Shown here one piece after another: positions 1-12,579 of a stretch of 64,000 bases of DNA (its first letter is position 1; each line of letters begins with the position of its first letter). Made by a program: the position numbers and the translations under genes. Where the stretch lies: assembly GCF_006345805.1 (NCBI RefSeq), contig NC_043001.1:17360001-17424000 (forward strand). Direction: 5' to 3'. The notes below the pieces were generated by a model. That model did no database searches, had not been told where the DNA came from, and saw only the letters and a list, made by a program, of their open reading frames with translations. This DNA comes from Octopus sinensis (lineage: Eukaryota).

Positions 1-78
1 GCGTCTCCTACTATAGCCTCGGGTCGACCGAAGCCTTGTGAGTGGATTTGGTCGACGGAAACTGAAAGAAGCCCGTCG
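1..78 (+). mobile_element. SINE family A, middle fragment cut by the window edge, followed by (TA)n
   Basis: Matches the family A body ctactatagcctcggg...gtggatttggt...gaaactgaaagaagcccgtcg seen in many copies in this window. Confidence 0.85.
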
Positions 79-91
79 TATATATGTATAT

Positions 92-165
<74 letters not shown>

Positions 166-439
166 GTATATATATATATATAAGAGGGGGAAACGCCTAT
201 TACATTGACCCCAATGCGTAACTGGTACTTATTATATAAACACCAAAAGGATGAAAGGCAAAGCTAGTCTCGGCGAATTTTGAACTCAGAACGAAATGAT
301 GGATGAAATACCACTAAGCAGAGTTTTAAATTATTTATCATTGTTACCTCAGAATTATCGCAGATTTAATAAGCATCTGTTCTGTACATTCCTTTATGTG
401 TAATGAAAGCAAATACTACAAAAAAGTCTTATTTCGTAT

Positions 440-485
<46 letters not shown>

Positions 486-532
486 GTGTTTGTGTGTATG
501 TGTATGTATATATATATATATATACATATATA

Positions 533-642
533 TAGGCGCAGGAGTGGCTGTCTGGTAAGTAGCTTGCTTACGAACCACATGGTTCCGGGTTCATTTCCAC
601 TGCATGGCACCTTGTGAGTGAAAGAAGCCTGTCGTATATATG

Positions 643-713
<71 letters not shown>

Positions 714-925
714 TTGTGTGTCTGTGTTTGTAACCCCCCAACATCACTTGACAACCGATGCTGGCTGTGTTTACGTCACCGTAACTTAGCGGTTCGGCAA
801 AAGTGACCGATAGAATAACTACTAGGCTTACAAAGAATAAGTCCTGGGGTCGATTTGCTCGACAAGAGGCTGTGCTCCAGCATGGCTGCAGTCAAATGAC
901 TGAAATAAGTAAAAGAGTAAAGGAG

Positions 926-926
<1 letters not shown>
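533..926 (+). mobile_element. SINE family A, full length (tRNA-like head, CORE-like accttgggcaagt motif, internal (TA)/(TG) tract, (AAGAGTA)n tail)
   Basis: A-box tggctgtctggt, B-box-like ggttcatttcc, 3' cagtcaaatgactg hairpin, gtaaaagagtaaaggag tail. Confidence 0.9.
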
Positions 927-956
<30 letters not shown>

Positions 957-957
<1 letters not shown>

Positions 958-1425
958 GCAGTCGCCCATGCATACCAGACTCTCCTCTCCACGCCACCAG
1001 TGTTATCCAAGGGAAAGACAAAGGTCGATACAGCTTGGCACCAGTGACGTCGCAACTCATTTCTACAGCTGAGTGAACTGGAGCAACGTGAAATAAAGTG
1101 CCTTGCTCGAGACCACAACACGCAGCCCGGTCCGGGATTCGGTTGTGAGCTCGAATCCCGGACCGGGCTGCGTGTTGTGTTCTCGAGCAAGGCACTTTAT
1201 TTCATGTTGCTCCAGTTCACTCAGCTGTAGAAATGAGTTGCGACGTCACTGGTGCCAAACTGTATCGACCTTTGTCTTTCCCTTGGATAACACTGGTGGC
1301 GTGGAGAGGGGAGGCTGGTATGCATGGGCGACTGCTGGCCTTCCATAAACAACCTTGCCCGGACTTGTGTCTAGGAGGGTAACTTTCTAGGTGCAATCCC
1401 ATGGTCATTCATGACCGAAGGGGTC

Positions 1426-1428
<3 letters not shown>
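957..1428. mobile_element. SINE family E copy rearranged as a head-to-head palindrome (5' tRNA half lost)
   Basis: Arms 957-1141 and 1152-1336 are reverse complements with about 5 mismatches; the right arm continues to the family E 3' end; intact family E copy at 53986-54326. Confidence 0.9.
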
Positions 1429-1486
<58 letters not shown>

Positions 1487-1716
1487 TGTATGGCAGAAGG
1501 CGTTGCCAAAGTGCAACAGTGCTCTATTAATAACTCACAGAAATGGCCAAATTAGAAAATACTAGCACAGAGTGAAACTCCACCCATACACGCCCGCGAA
1601 AACTATTTCAGAAAATACAAGGATTGGCTAATTAGAGTCACTTCCTACTGGTTTCTCTTACGACATGATATTCCTCAAAGACAATGGCAGAACAACTCGT
1701 ACATAAAAGCTATATA

Positions 1717-2433
1717 CAGGGTAAATCCCTATTTTAGAATGCTTATAATTTATTTATTAACTATAATTTTTTTTCTCAAATTTGTTGTGTATGTTCTTTA
1801 ATGTATGGGAATTGATTCGATGTTCTTTTTTTCAGATTGATTATTTCGTTTGAAATTTATAAGCCCTACAAACATGGCTGGATGTTTTACTGTGCAGGAG
1901 CGTGCCCAGCTAGCTGCACATTACGAAGTTTAGAGATCAGTTGTTCAAGTGCAAAGATGGTGGAGGACCATTAGAGGAAGACATGCTCAAGTTGATGCAA
2001 AGATAATCAAGAACTGCCATGCAAAATTCATGACTACAGGATTAGTAGCTGATACTTGAAGTGGTCATCCTTCCAATTCATGAAGGTCCGCATGACTGGT
2101 AGCCAGAAGCCCTGATTTAACACCCTGCGGCTGTTTTCTTTGGGATTGGTTAAAGGAAGAAGTCTTCTCTACCAAACCAATGGCTTTGGAAGAACTTGAA
2201 GGGTGAATACGAGAAGTTGTGTCTTTCATTCCAGAAGAGTTCCTGATGAAATCAGTTGATGTGGTTCCCAGGTGATTTCAGAAGCTGGTGGTGAATGCTG
2301 TTGCCTATATCAAATTTTAAATAAAATTCCATGCTTATGCTCTTTCTTTACATATTCGTTTTTTTCTAAAAATTATAGTTAATAAATAAATTATAAGTAT
2401 TTTAAAATAGGGAGTTACTTTTCAATCACCCTG
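1717..2433 (+). mobile_element. Internally deleted Tc1/mariner-superfamily transposon (probably DD41D/rosa-Visitor type), pseudogenised
   Basis: TA flanks at 1715-16 and 2434-35; long TIR cagggt...ctccctattttaaaatacttataatttatttattaactataa; remnants MAGCFTVQERAQLAAHYEV*RSVVQVQRWW (N-terminal HTH) and ARSPDLTPCGCFLWDWLKEEVFSTKP (C-terminus). Confidence 0.85.
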
Positions 2434-2884
2434 TATATAGTGTGACCACGACATAATAGCCATTTAATAATAACCGACAAAATCACAAAACATACAGCTG
2501 AAACTCTTAGATCGGATGAAATTGTAGCACTCAATATCTTCAACTATGTGTTCCTACACTGTCAAATTTTTGAAATTTGGAAATCGGGGAAAAATTTAAA
2601 TAATTCTAAAACCTAGGATGTCTGTGTAGTTAAGAAGCTCGTTTGGGGGCCAAGTGGTACTGAAAAGTACCGTTTTGCAGTGCCTATAGCGACCGGTGAC
2701 CCACTACATTTTTTTAGTGAATTTGGTAAACGGAAACTGAGGAAGCTCGTTGTGCATGTGTATGTGTGTGCGTGTCTGTGTGAGTTTGTGTCTGTTTGTC
2801 TCCCATCACCGGTGTTTGTTTGTTTAGGTCCCCTTAAAATAGCTGTTCGGCAAAAAAGCAATACAATAAATACTAGACTTAAAA

Positions 2885-3348
<464 letters not shown>

Positions 3349-4064
3349 CATCCTAACTGCACTCAATATCACACATGGATTTTACTGTGACCCTAGGAAA
3401 GAAATATTTGTACCACCTTAAGAAACAGTACATAACATAACACTAACAAACTACTTGACAGATTGGTAGGTTTATTAAGAGTAAATTAGTAACATATCTT
3501 GAATTTTAAATGTTCAAACAACATACCAGAAAGATCTGCCTTCTCACTCACACCTTGTAATTTATATCCGACTTTGCAACATTCTTTCAAATCATGGGTA
3601 CAGCTATATATGCCGATAATTTAATATCTCTCCGCCATTTCTTGACAACAGTTTCACAAGTAAAAGTAAGCAAACCATCTTTCAACGACTGAGAAACTTG
3701 GCTCTAAACAAACAGTCTAAAAGCAGTACCAACCAAATGCGGCGCTTCCCTTTCATTGGTGTTAGCTCTGAGAATTCTAGTAATGCTATTGAACATCTCG
3801 GTCATGAGACCGAAAACAGCATCTGTAGAAAGAGCAACAATGGCAACGAAAACTTTGCCAATGACAACAGCAGAAACAACAATAATAGCAACAACGAAGA
3901 CGCTTAAAGCAAGGAGGAAAATACTGAAATGTAATGTGAACGAGGTAGAAATATTAACATCAACAAGACGAAGATAGAATTGGTTGAAATGTCAGTGGAA
4001 AGTTCTAAGAAAACAAACGTAAATATTGGCTTCATAATTTGGTTCAAGGCTAGCAACATTTGAA

Positions 4065-5012
4065 AGAGGTGGTAAGTCGATTATATCGACCCCAGTGCTC
4101 AACTGATACTTATTTTATTGACCCCGAAAGAATGAGAGGCAAGAGTCGACCTCGGCGGAATTTGAACTCAGAACGTAAAGACGGACGAAATGCCGCTAAG
4201 CATTTTTGCCGGCGTGCTAGCGATTCTTATTTCTTTATTGCCCACAAGGGGCTAAACATAGAGGGGGCAAACAAGGACAGACAAACGGATTAAGTCGATG
4301 ACATCGACCCCAGTGCGGAACTGGTACTTATTTAATCGAGCCCGAAAGGATTAACGGCAAAGTCGACCTCAGCGGAATTTGAACTCACAACGTAACGGCA
4401 GATGAAATACCAATTTCTTTACTACCCACACGGGTCTAAACACAGAGGGGACAAACAAGGACAGACAAACGGATTAAGTCGATTGTATCAACCCCAGTGC
4501 AGAACTGGTACTTATTTAATCGAGCCCGAAAGGATGAAAGGCAAAGTCGACCTCGGCGGAATTTGAACTCAGAACGTGGCAGCAGATGAAATACCTATTT
4601 CTTTACTACCCACAAGGAGCTAAAAACAGAGGGAACAAACAAGGACAGAAAAAGGGATTAAGTCGATGACATCGACCCCAGTGCATAACTGGTACTTATT
4701 TAATCGACCCCGAAAGGACGAAAGGGAAAGTCGACCCCGGCGGAATTTGAACTCAGAACGTAGCAGCAGACGAAATACCTATTTCTTTACTACCCACAAG
4801 GGGCTAAACACAGAGGGGACAAACAAGGACAGACAAACGGATTAAGTCGATTACATTGACACCAGTGCGTAACTGGTACTTATTTAATCGACCCCGAAAG
4901 GATGAAAGGCAAAGTCGACCTCGGCGGAATCTGAACTCAGAACGTAAAAGACGGACGAAATGCCGCTAAGCATTTCGCCCGGCGTGCTAATGATTCTGCC
5001 AGTTCGCCGCCT
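4065..5012 (-). mobile_element. SINE family B array: head plus four tandem 184-bp units and a terminal B1-type piece
   Basis: cccaca anchor at 4241, 4425, 4609 and 4793 (period 184); B-box gttctgagttcaaattcc and gcctttcatcctttcggggtcgataaattaagtaccag core in each unit. Confidence 0.9.
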
Positions 5013-5228
5013 TAACAATGATAAATATTATCATCAGTAACAATAATATCAACACCAATAACAACACAAGAAACAAAAGAAAAGAAATCATCATTTTCAT
5101 CATTACCTCCAGCAGCAGTATCGTCATCATCATCACCGCCATCATCCTTATTGCCGCCGCCGCCGCCGCCGTCGTCGTCATCATCAACAAGAACCACAAC
5201 AACGACAAGAAGAACAGCAACAACTGCA

Positions 5229-5611
5229 GTGGAGGCGCAATGGCCCAGTGGTTAGGGCAGCGGACTCGCGGTCATAGGATCGCGGTTTCGATTCCCAGAC
5301 CGGGCGTTGTGAGTGTTTATTGAGCGAAAACACCTAAAGCTCCACGAGGCTCCGGCAGGGGATGGTGGCGATCCCTGCTGTACTCTTTCACCACAACTTT
5401 CTCTCACTCTTACTTCCTGTTTCTGTTGTACCTGTATTTCAAAGGGCCGGCCTTGTCACTCTCTGTGTCACGCTGAATATCCCCGAGAACTACGTTAAGG
5501 GTACACGTGTCTGGAGTGCTCAGCCATTTACACGTTAATTTCACGAGCAGGCTGTTCCGTTGATTCGGATCAACCGGAACCCTCGTCGTCATAACCGACG
5601 GATTGCTTCCA
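5229..5611 (+). mobile_element. SINE family C, full length (tRNA-Arg-like head H1 plus tail T1)
   Basis: A-box tggcccagtgg, B-box gtttcgattcc; near-identical to copies at 28449-28834 and 50902-51290. Confidence 0.9.
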
Positions 5612-5904
5612 TATATATCCAGGGCAGCGTACTCTTTCACCACAACTTTCTCTCACTCTTCAACTGAACGTGAAGCGAGAAAAGAGGATGCGAGTATGTG
5701 GTTTCTTAATTTGCTAGAAATAGCAGCAAGTCCTTCCTCAAATCATAATCTGCTCTCCTAAACATTGGTGACATGCCTGTCCAAGCAAAAAATAAAATAG
5801 TCACGGATGTGAATGCTGTACCTGTTTCGGTCATTTGACAGCGACCGTGCTGGGGACACCATCGCATTGTTGTGTTTTCTCTTTGTGTTTTCATGTTTGG
5901 ATTA

Positions 5905-5945
<41 letters not shown>

Positions 5946-5949
5946 CAAG

Positions 5950-6030
<81 letters not shown>

Positions 6031-6045
6031 TGTGTGTGTGTGTGT

Positions 6046-6321
6046 ATGAAAAAACAAGTCAAGATAGAAAATGCAAAAATAATTTTATAAAGAACATTTC
6101 AGTACCGGTTTCAGTCATTTTGAGACCTTTTCAACTGTAACGATTAAATAATTAAATTAGAAAAATTAAAAGAAAAGATTTTTAAAAACAATTTCTTTTA
6201 ATTTTTCTAAATTTAATTATTTAATCGTTACAGTTGAAAAGTCTCAAAATGTCCGAAACCGGTACTGAAATGTTCTTTATAAAATATTTTAGCATTTTCT
6301 ATTTTTGACTTATTTTTTCAT
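6046..6321. repeat. Fold-back palindrome (about 120-bp arms) between (TA)/(TG) tracts; probable Penelope-like terminus
   Basis: gaaaaaacaagtc...cagtaccggtttc...ctgtaacgattaaa is inverted as tttaatcgttacag...gaaaccggtactg...gacttatttttc; a single-arm copy lies at 19745-19835. Confidence 0.8.
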
Positions 6322-6352
6322 ATATATATCAACTCGTGTGTTCTTTTCATCC

Positions 6353-6428
<76 letters not shown>

Positions 6429-6430
<2 letters not shown>

Positions 6431-6756
6431 GTACTTGATGGCCTATGAGACGTATCTTTATAACCCCAAAATGGCTTTTAAAATCCCATGCGTCGAATGC
6501 TCTCAAAGTAGGCTCAAAACTCGCTCAAAACTATACGCATGTCTACAAAACGTATGCTGTCATCTATTGATGAACAATCGCATACGGTATGTTTATATCA
6601 AATGAGGATGCAATAAATTGTTATACAGTAATAAGAGTTATACAGTCAAGTGGAGGAATTAAAATATTATTTTCGTGGTCATTTATTTTACAAAATTATA
6701 GCCTAGGCTAGGGTGCGTCCTATGCACTCGTGCGACTTATAGGCCATCAAATACGG
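6429..6756. mobile_element. pogo/Tigger-like MITE
   Basis: TIRs ccgtacttgatggcctatgagacg / cgacttataggccatcaaatacgg with TA on the right; CCGTA-start TIR is typical of pogo/Tigger non-autonomous elements. Confidence 0.7.
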
Positions 6757-6893
6757 TAATATATATATATATATATAAAATATGAATTAGAGATAAAACC
6801 ACTATTATGCAACTCAACAGGGATAGACATAAACCAATACATAAATAACAAATAATATAAATATAATTAATATATATATATAAATATAATATA

Positions 6894-6924
<31 letters not shown>

Positions 6925-6946
6925 CTTATATATATATATATATATA

Positions 6947-6985
<39 letters not shown>

Positions 6986-7106
6986 AGTATAAAAAGAATG
7001 ATAAATATAATATAATAAGTAAAAGCACTACGTACGTTTCATGGCTATAATTAAATTCGGATTACAGTTAAGTTTAAATTCGATTGAAATAAATTCGAAC
7101 AAAAAT

Positions 7107-7152
<46 letters not shown>

Positions 7153-7160
<8 letters not shown>

Positions 7161-7797
7161 ATGGAGGGTGTCTAAAAGACACCAACATGCCGAAATAGCA
7201 GTCGAAACACTGACTATAGTACCACGTTAAATGTTCATATCGCACCATGAGGTAAAGCGGAGGGACAAAACATACAAGCAAAAATTATTGAATAATTCAA
7301 GATCCAAGGATTTCTGGTTCTGCTTTAGATAAGCTTTACCGTCATCAATTGAATATATCAAGCGTACATAAATACAGATATATATATGCACAGCAAACTA
7401 TATACTTACATATACGAGCGCCGTACATACATACATATGCACGTATGGACACAGCCAGTCTGAATCGCCCGCCAAATCACCGCATAAGTACGACATGGTT
7501 AAAATAAGCACCGCAGTGAATATATGTATGTACGACGCTCGTGTATGTAAGTATATCGTTTGCTGTGCATATATATATCTGTATATTACCCTTATATATT
7601 CAATTGATGACGGTAAAGCTTATCTAAAGCAGAACCAGAAATCCTTGGATCTTGAATTATTCAATAATTTTTGCTTGTATGTTTTGTCCTTCCGCTTTAC
7701 CTCATGGTGCGATATGAACATTTAACGTGGTACTATAGTCAGTGTTTCGACTGCTATTTCGGCATGTTGGTGTCTTTTAGACACCCTCATTTTAATT
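7153..7797. repeat. Long inverted repeat (about 290-bp arms, about 80-bp spacer); probable Penelope-like fold-back
   Basis: aattaaaaatggagggtgtctaaaagacacc...gagcgccgtacatac is inverted as gtatgtacgacgctc...ggtgtcttttagacaccctcattttaatt; flanked by (TA)n. Confidence 0.85.
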
Positions 7798-7881
7798 GTT
7801 AAAATTTTTTTTACCTTTGTAAGTATTTCTTTCATGCTGGCCACTTGATAATTTCGACACTTAAATATCGATATTATCCTC

Positions 7882-7932
<51 letters not shown>

Positions 7933-8595
7933 TTTAATGTACACACGGTATAAAGATACAAGCTACAAATAGCTTCTTGCTTGGAGACAGGCATATGTGT
8001 GCGTTTGTGTGTCAGTTTATTTCTGTGTGTGTGTGTGTGTGTGTGTACTGCAATATCAAGCTGAGCTTAACTTCTTCCTTCTCTTCCCTGTATCTCTCCA
8101 CCATTACTCTGATAACAACAATCAACTTCCTCGCTAAATTTGCCGATTCTGTTTTAAACTTCTCTTATAAAATTCAATAGGAAACTGCAATCTTCCCAAT
8201 TCTCCCATGGGTATATAACTGACACAAGTAACACATTGTGCAGAAACGATTATTCTGACGAAAATGTAAACAGATATATTAGATAAATCTATTACAAATA
8301 TTATTACAAAATATGACAGGTTCCAACGGTAATTTAAAATAATATCACTATTTTTCCGCCCTGAAAACCTCAGTGAGTGAAGCTATGTGCAGTGTCTCGC
8401 CGTACAAGAAATATCACCCCAGCCTCCTTCAAAGCACGCCCGAACCGATTTGAAAAGAAAAGAAAAAACACATTTCATAACGTGGTTTAGAGTGCACTGT
8501 ATGTTCACAGCTGAAACACCTTTGGTTAAAGCTTTCGTCGAACATGGCTGATTTGTGGGTAAACAAGAATGACATCATCATCATCATCAACAACA

Positions 8596-9020
8596 GTGGA
8601 GGCGCAATGGCCCAATGGTTAGGGCAGCGGACTCGCGGTCGGAGGTTCGCGGTTTCGACTCCCAGACCGGGCGTTGTGTGTGGTTTATTGAGCGAAAACA
8701 CCTAAAGTTCCACGAGGCTCCGGCAGGGGGTGGTGGCCACCCCTGTTGTACTCTTTCGCCCCAACTTTCTCTCGCTCGTTCTTCCTGTTTTTTTGTCCCC
8801 GACTTCCTACGCAACCGCTGAGCCTGGATGCGCATTCATTCATCCGTCGATACGCTCGGTGTCGGTGGTTGACCTGCTTTCTCTTCTGCGGGTCTTACGA
8901 ATAGCAAAGGACCACGTTTCGGACTTCTCCCGTCTTGCGAGCTCTGGGACGAAGACCGCTTCGCTCAACAGCAACAGTAACAGCAGCCATCAACAACAAC
9001 AACAACAACAACAACAACAG
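8596..9020 (+). mobile_element. SINE family G: head H1 (as family C) with a different tail ending in (CAA)n
   Basis: First ~190 bp align to family C; sequence diverges after ctttctctcgctcgttcttcctg. Confidence 0.85.
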
Positions 9021-9175
9021 TGACAATCTCGAACACGGAGAATAATCAACAGAAAAATCTAAGATGACTCTTAGTAAAAGGTAGGGAAATTTTATAATGG
9101 CAAGCATTTATGACTGTAAAGTATTTTGATAGTGTGCCTGAGCCTTGAACACTGGAGATAATCTACGAGATAATA

Positions 9176-9572
9176 TCTTTATATATAAAAGTCAAGTTGT
9201 GTGTCTGTCTCCTACGATTTAGATTCCTAACTACTCCCACATTTTGCGGTGCAGTGTAACCAAAACCGGGTATCTTATAGTCGTGATTCATATCGAGCCC
9301 TTCTGGGTATTAGCGCGCGTCTACGATGAGTCTACGATTTAAAAAAAAAATTACCATAATTTTTTTTCCATTTTAATGCATTTTTCGCTATTATATAAGG
9401 GAAGTAACTCTCTAAAGATGTCTACGATGAGTCAACGATTTTTTTAAAAATTACCATCATTTTTTTTCCATTTTTAATGAATTTTTTTGCTATTTTTTGG
9501 CTATAACTCTCTAAAAATGCTTATATAGTTATTTCCCCTACAAACCCGAGCAACGCCGGGCGATACTGCTAG
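9176..9572 (+). mobile_element. Non-autonomous Helitron
   Basis: A|TC 5' end at 9175/9176, subterminal hairpin cccgagcaacgccggg, CTAG|T 3' end at 9572/9573, internal direct repeat tctacgatgagtc(t/a)acgatt. Confidence 0.85.
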
Positions 9573-9821
9573 TTTGATATCAAAAGTATTACAAGACGCC
9601 TGAAGAAATTGGTACTTCTGTTTCTTTCGGATATTTAATGTCCACAACTAGTCTTAAGGTATTGTTTTTGTTGCGGTTTGGGTACAAGGTCACCGACATT
9701 ATAAGTAGTCACGTGAATATTTAGTTTTAAGTTTTTGAAGGCCCCTTATTGAACAGGGGCCATGATGGGGCACATGCAAGAGTTTAGTCTGTTATATGGA
9801 TTCAAGTGCTTATATACACAA

Positions 9822-10494
9822 CATATGTATGTTTGTATATATGTATGTATGCATGTGTATGTATGAATGTGTGTATATATGTGTATGTATGTAGGTATAT
9901 GTATATGTGTATGTATGTAGGCATATGTGTATGTATGTATGTAAGTATGTATGTATGTATGTATGTATGTATGTATGTATGTGTATGTATGTATGTATGT
10001 ATATGTGTATGTATGTGTGTATGTATGTATGTGTGTATATGTGTATGTAGGTATATGTATATGTGTATGTATGTATGTAGGCATATGTGTATGTATGTAT
10101 GTGTATGTATGTATGTATACGTGTATGTATGTGTGTATGTATGTATGTATGTATGTATACGTATATGTATGTATGTATGTATGTATGTGTGTATGTATGT
10201 ATGTATGTATGTGTATATGTATGTATGTGTGTATATATGTGTATGTATGTAGGTATATGTATATGTGTATGTATGTAGGCATATGTGTATGTATGTATAT
10301 GTGTATGTATGTATACGTGTATGTATGTATGTATGTATGTATGTATGTATGTGTGTGTATGTGTGTATGTATGTATGTATGTATGCATGCATGTATGTAT
10401 GTGTGTGTATGTGTGTATGTATGTATGTATGTATGTATACGTGTATGTATGTATGTGTGTATGTATCTATATATGTATGTATTATGTATTTATG

Positions 10495-10528
<34 letters not shown>

Positions 10529-10566
10529 TGTATGTATGTATGTATGTATGTATGTATGCATGCATG
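9822..10566. repeat. Compound (TATG)n/(TG)n microsatellite of about 745 bp
   Basis: Direct inspection; recurrent sub-block gtaggtatatgtatatgtgtatgtatgtaggcatatgtg. Confidence 0.95.
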
Positions 10567-10689
10567 CATCGCGCAAAAATAAAAAGCATGAATACGAGGG
10601 AAGAAAAAAATCTAGACTACTCAGAGAAAATCTTTTACTTTTAAGCATACGCTCTTCTACAGAGAGAATAGACGAGGAAATGTATGTAC

Positions 10690-12235
10690 GCATATAAGTC
10701 ATTGTTCAGTTTTATTTTAAGGTTTCTAGCCAGTAGACAAAGAACCGGTTTCTAACCTAGACCCAAGGCTCCTTTATTGGAATTTCAACACCAACAACAG
10801 AATATTTTTCTGTATATGCATGTATGTCATTATTCAGTTTATTTCAAGATTTCTTGCGAATAGACAAAGAACCGGTTTCTAGTCTAGATTCAAGGCTCCT
10901 TCATTAGAATTTTAACATCAACAACAGGGTATTTTTGTTTGTATGTATGTATGTATGTATGTATGTATGTATGTATGTATGTGTTTAGATTTGTGTGTTT
11001 TGCTTTATGTATGTATTCTCATGCATATAGTTGCATATCTAGACATGTTCATATACATCTAAATGATAAACTTCTGATTTTTACAGTTCTAATGATGGAT
11101 TGGATCTGTAGTCTTCGAATTAGCTTTCTCCTTTCTTGTTTCGAGAAGCCTAATTTCTCAAGATTGGTGTTTAGGCTTTGTTACATATCCCAGGGTCCCA
11201 ATAATTACAGGTATAAATCTGAACTTGTAGTATAGATAGAGTAACTGCAGATTTCTCAATATCTCAGTGTAGGTGTTCTCTTTTTCACTGATCTTCAGCT
11301 TTATGTTAACATCCGCTGGGCAGCTAATTTCCACAACTGAGCACAGTTTCTCTTCTCTGTCCCTAATCATTATACCAGGTCTGTTTTGCTTACATTTTAT
11401 TGAGGTCTTCACTGGTACATTCCATCAGTATTCCTTTTTTTATGATTGGCTATGGTTTCTACCATTCTGTAGACTCTTATTTCTTTGTTCTCAGGGTTAT
11501 CCTTCTGGCGGATTTCTTTATAGTGTCCTAGCTACAACGTTATATCTCATCGGTAGATAATACCATGATGACATTTTCGCACAACTGCTTATAATGTGGG
11601 GATATCTTCGGTGTCTGCACAAAGTCTGGACCAGTTGTAACAATTTTGCTGCGTTCCTTGCATCTCTATTCCTTCTGTGCATCAGGTACTTGGTTGATAT
11701 TTCGTGTTTCTAGATTGCAAACGCATACCCTTCAAAGTGGGAGGTAATAATCCGGCTATTGATAGTTTGCTTTGATGATCGATGTCACGATCATCTCGGA
11801 GCTTTCTCCTAACATATCCATGCATAGTCTTCTGCTCATACAGGCTCATCCTTTCATCTGATGATACGTTGAGGGTCGAGTCGCGCGACATCTTTGACCA
11901 TGTATTCTAGCTTATCAAACAAAGAATGTTGCCTTCCAAGTCTTAAGATGTTATCAGCCTCATGTATGCAAACTTGGTCAAGTGATGCACTTCGTCGCTT
12001 AGTGGCTAAAAGATGTTGCCAAAGGGATATGATACGACATTCAAAGACATTTTGGATTAATGTTAAGCCTATGTCACCTTGTTTTCGTTTTAGGTACAGG
12101 AGGTCTAAATCACTGTTTATGTGGTAATGATGTGTACTTGTTAGTATTTTTCGGGTTTTCGCGTCAATAGTTCGGATCTCATCAAGTGTCCAATCATAAA
12201 GCGTCTTTATACCCAGGATACCTCTTACTCCATGA
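10690..12235 (-). mobile_element. Decayed RLE-type non-LTR retrotransposon (R4/Dong-like): RT thumb, zinc-knuckle region, restriction-like endonuclease and duplicated 3' UTR
   Basis: Minus-strand peptides DWTLDEIRTIDAKTRKILT...SDLDLLYLKRKQG, QKTMHGY, NRPGIMIRDREEKLCSVVEISCPADVNIKLKISEKENTY, FIPVIIGTLG; 3' UTR module twice (10690-10810, 10825-10935) next to (CATA)n. Confidence 0.85.
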
Positions 12236-12249
12236 GATAAGCAATGCCC

Positions 12250-12459
12250 CTGTCGCTTTTGTCGACTTCATTTCCTTCTTCGACTTTGCTTTGCCATGTC
12301 CATCAACAAGTCCCAAGGCCAAACACTAACAACAACAGGCTTCCATTTAAGTCAACCATGCTTCCCGCACGGCTAGTTATACAACGGATGCCAAAAAACT
12401 TTTTCGTGTTCGCCTCGAAAGCCAAAACGAAGAATGTCGTCTACTGTGAGGTGCTGTAG
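12250..12459 (+). mobile_element. Helitron RepHel helicase C-terminal remnant
   Basis: Reads RLHFLLRLCFAMSINKSQGQTL...QPCFPHG*LY then, frameshifted, KTKNVVYCEVL*: PIF1-like motifs V/VI and the typical Helitron C-terminus. Confidence 0.85.
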
Positions 12460-12579
12460 GCCGTCCAGCATACTGCCGCTTCCCTGCCGAACAGGTTTAT
12501 GGTGAGTACTAATGTTGCCATTCTTTCAAAATAACCTGTTTTTCTTAAAATCTTTTTTTTATAATTATTATTTTGTCCG

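Noticed and set aside
3698-3977. Asn/Thr-rich short ORFs as an exon
   Set aside because: Driven by a degenerate (CAA)n tract, starts with a non-ATG codon, and has no convincing splice sites or homology
5229-5305. SINE heads (also 8596, 28084, 54250-54326, 59900) as real tRNA genes
   Set aside because: A/B boxes are present but the acceptor stem cannot close, and each continues into a SINE body
9746-10702. Long ORFs such as 9802-10569 and 9951-10697 (YIHT/MYVC repeats), and similar ORFs at 17689-18960, 41305-42900 and 58396-62261
   Set aside because: Translations of (TA)/(TG)/(TATG) microsatellites, open in several frames on both strands
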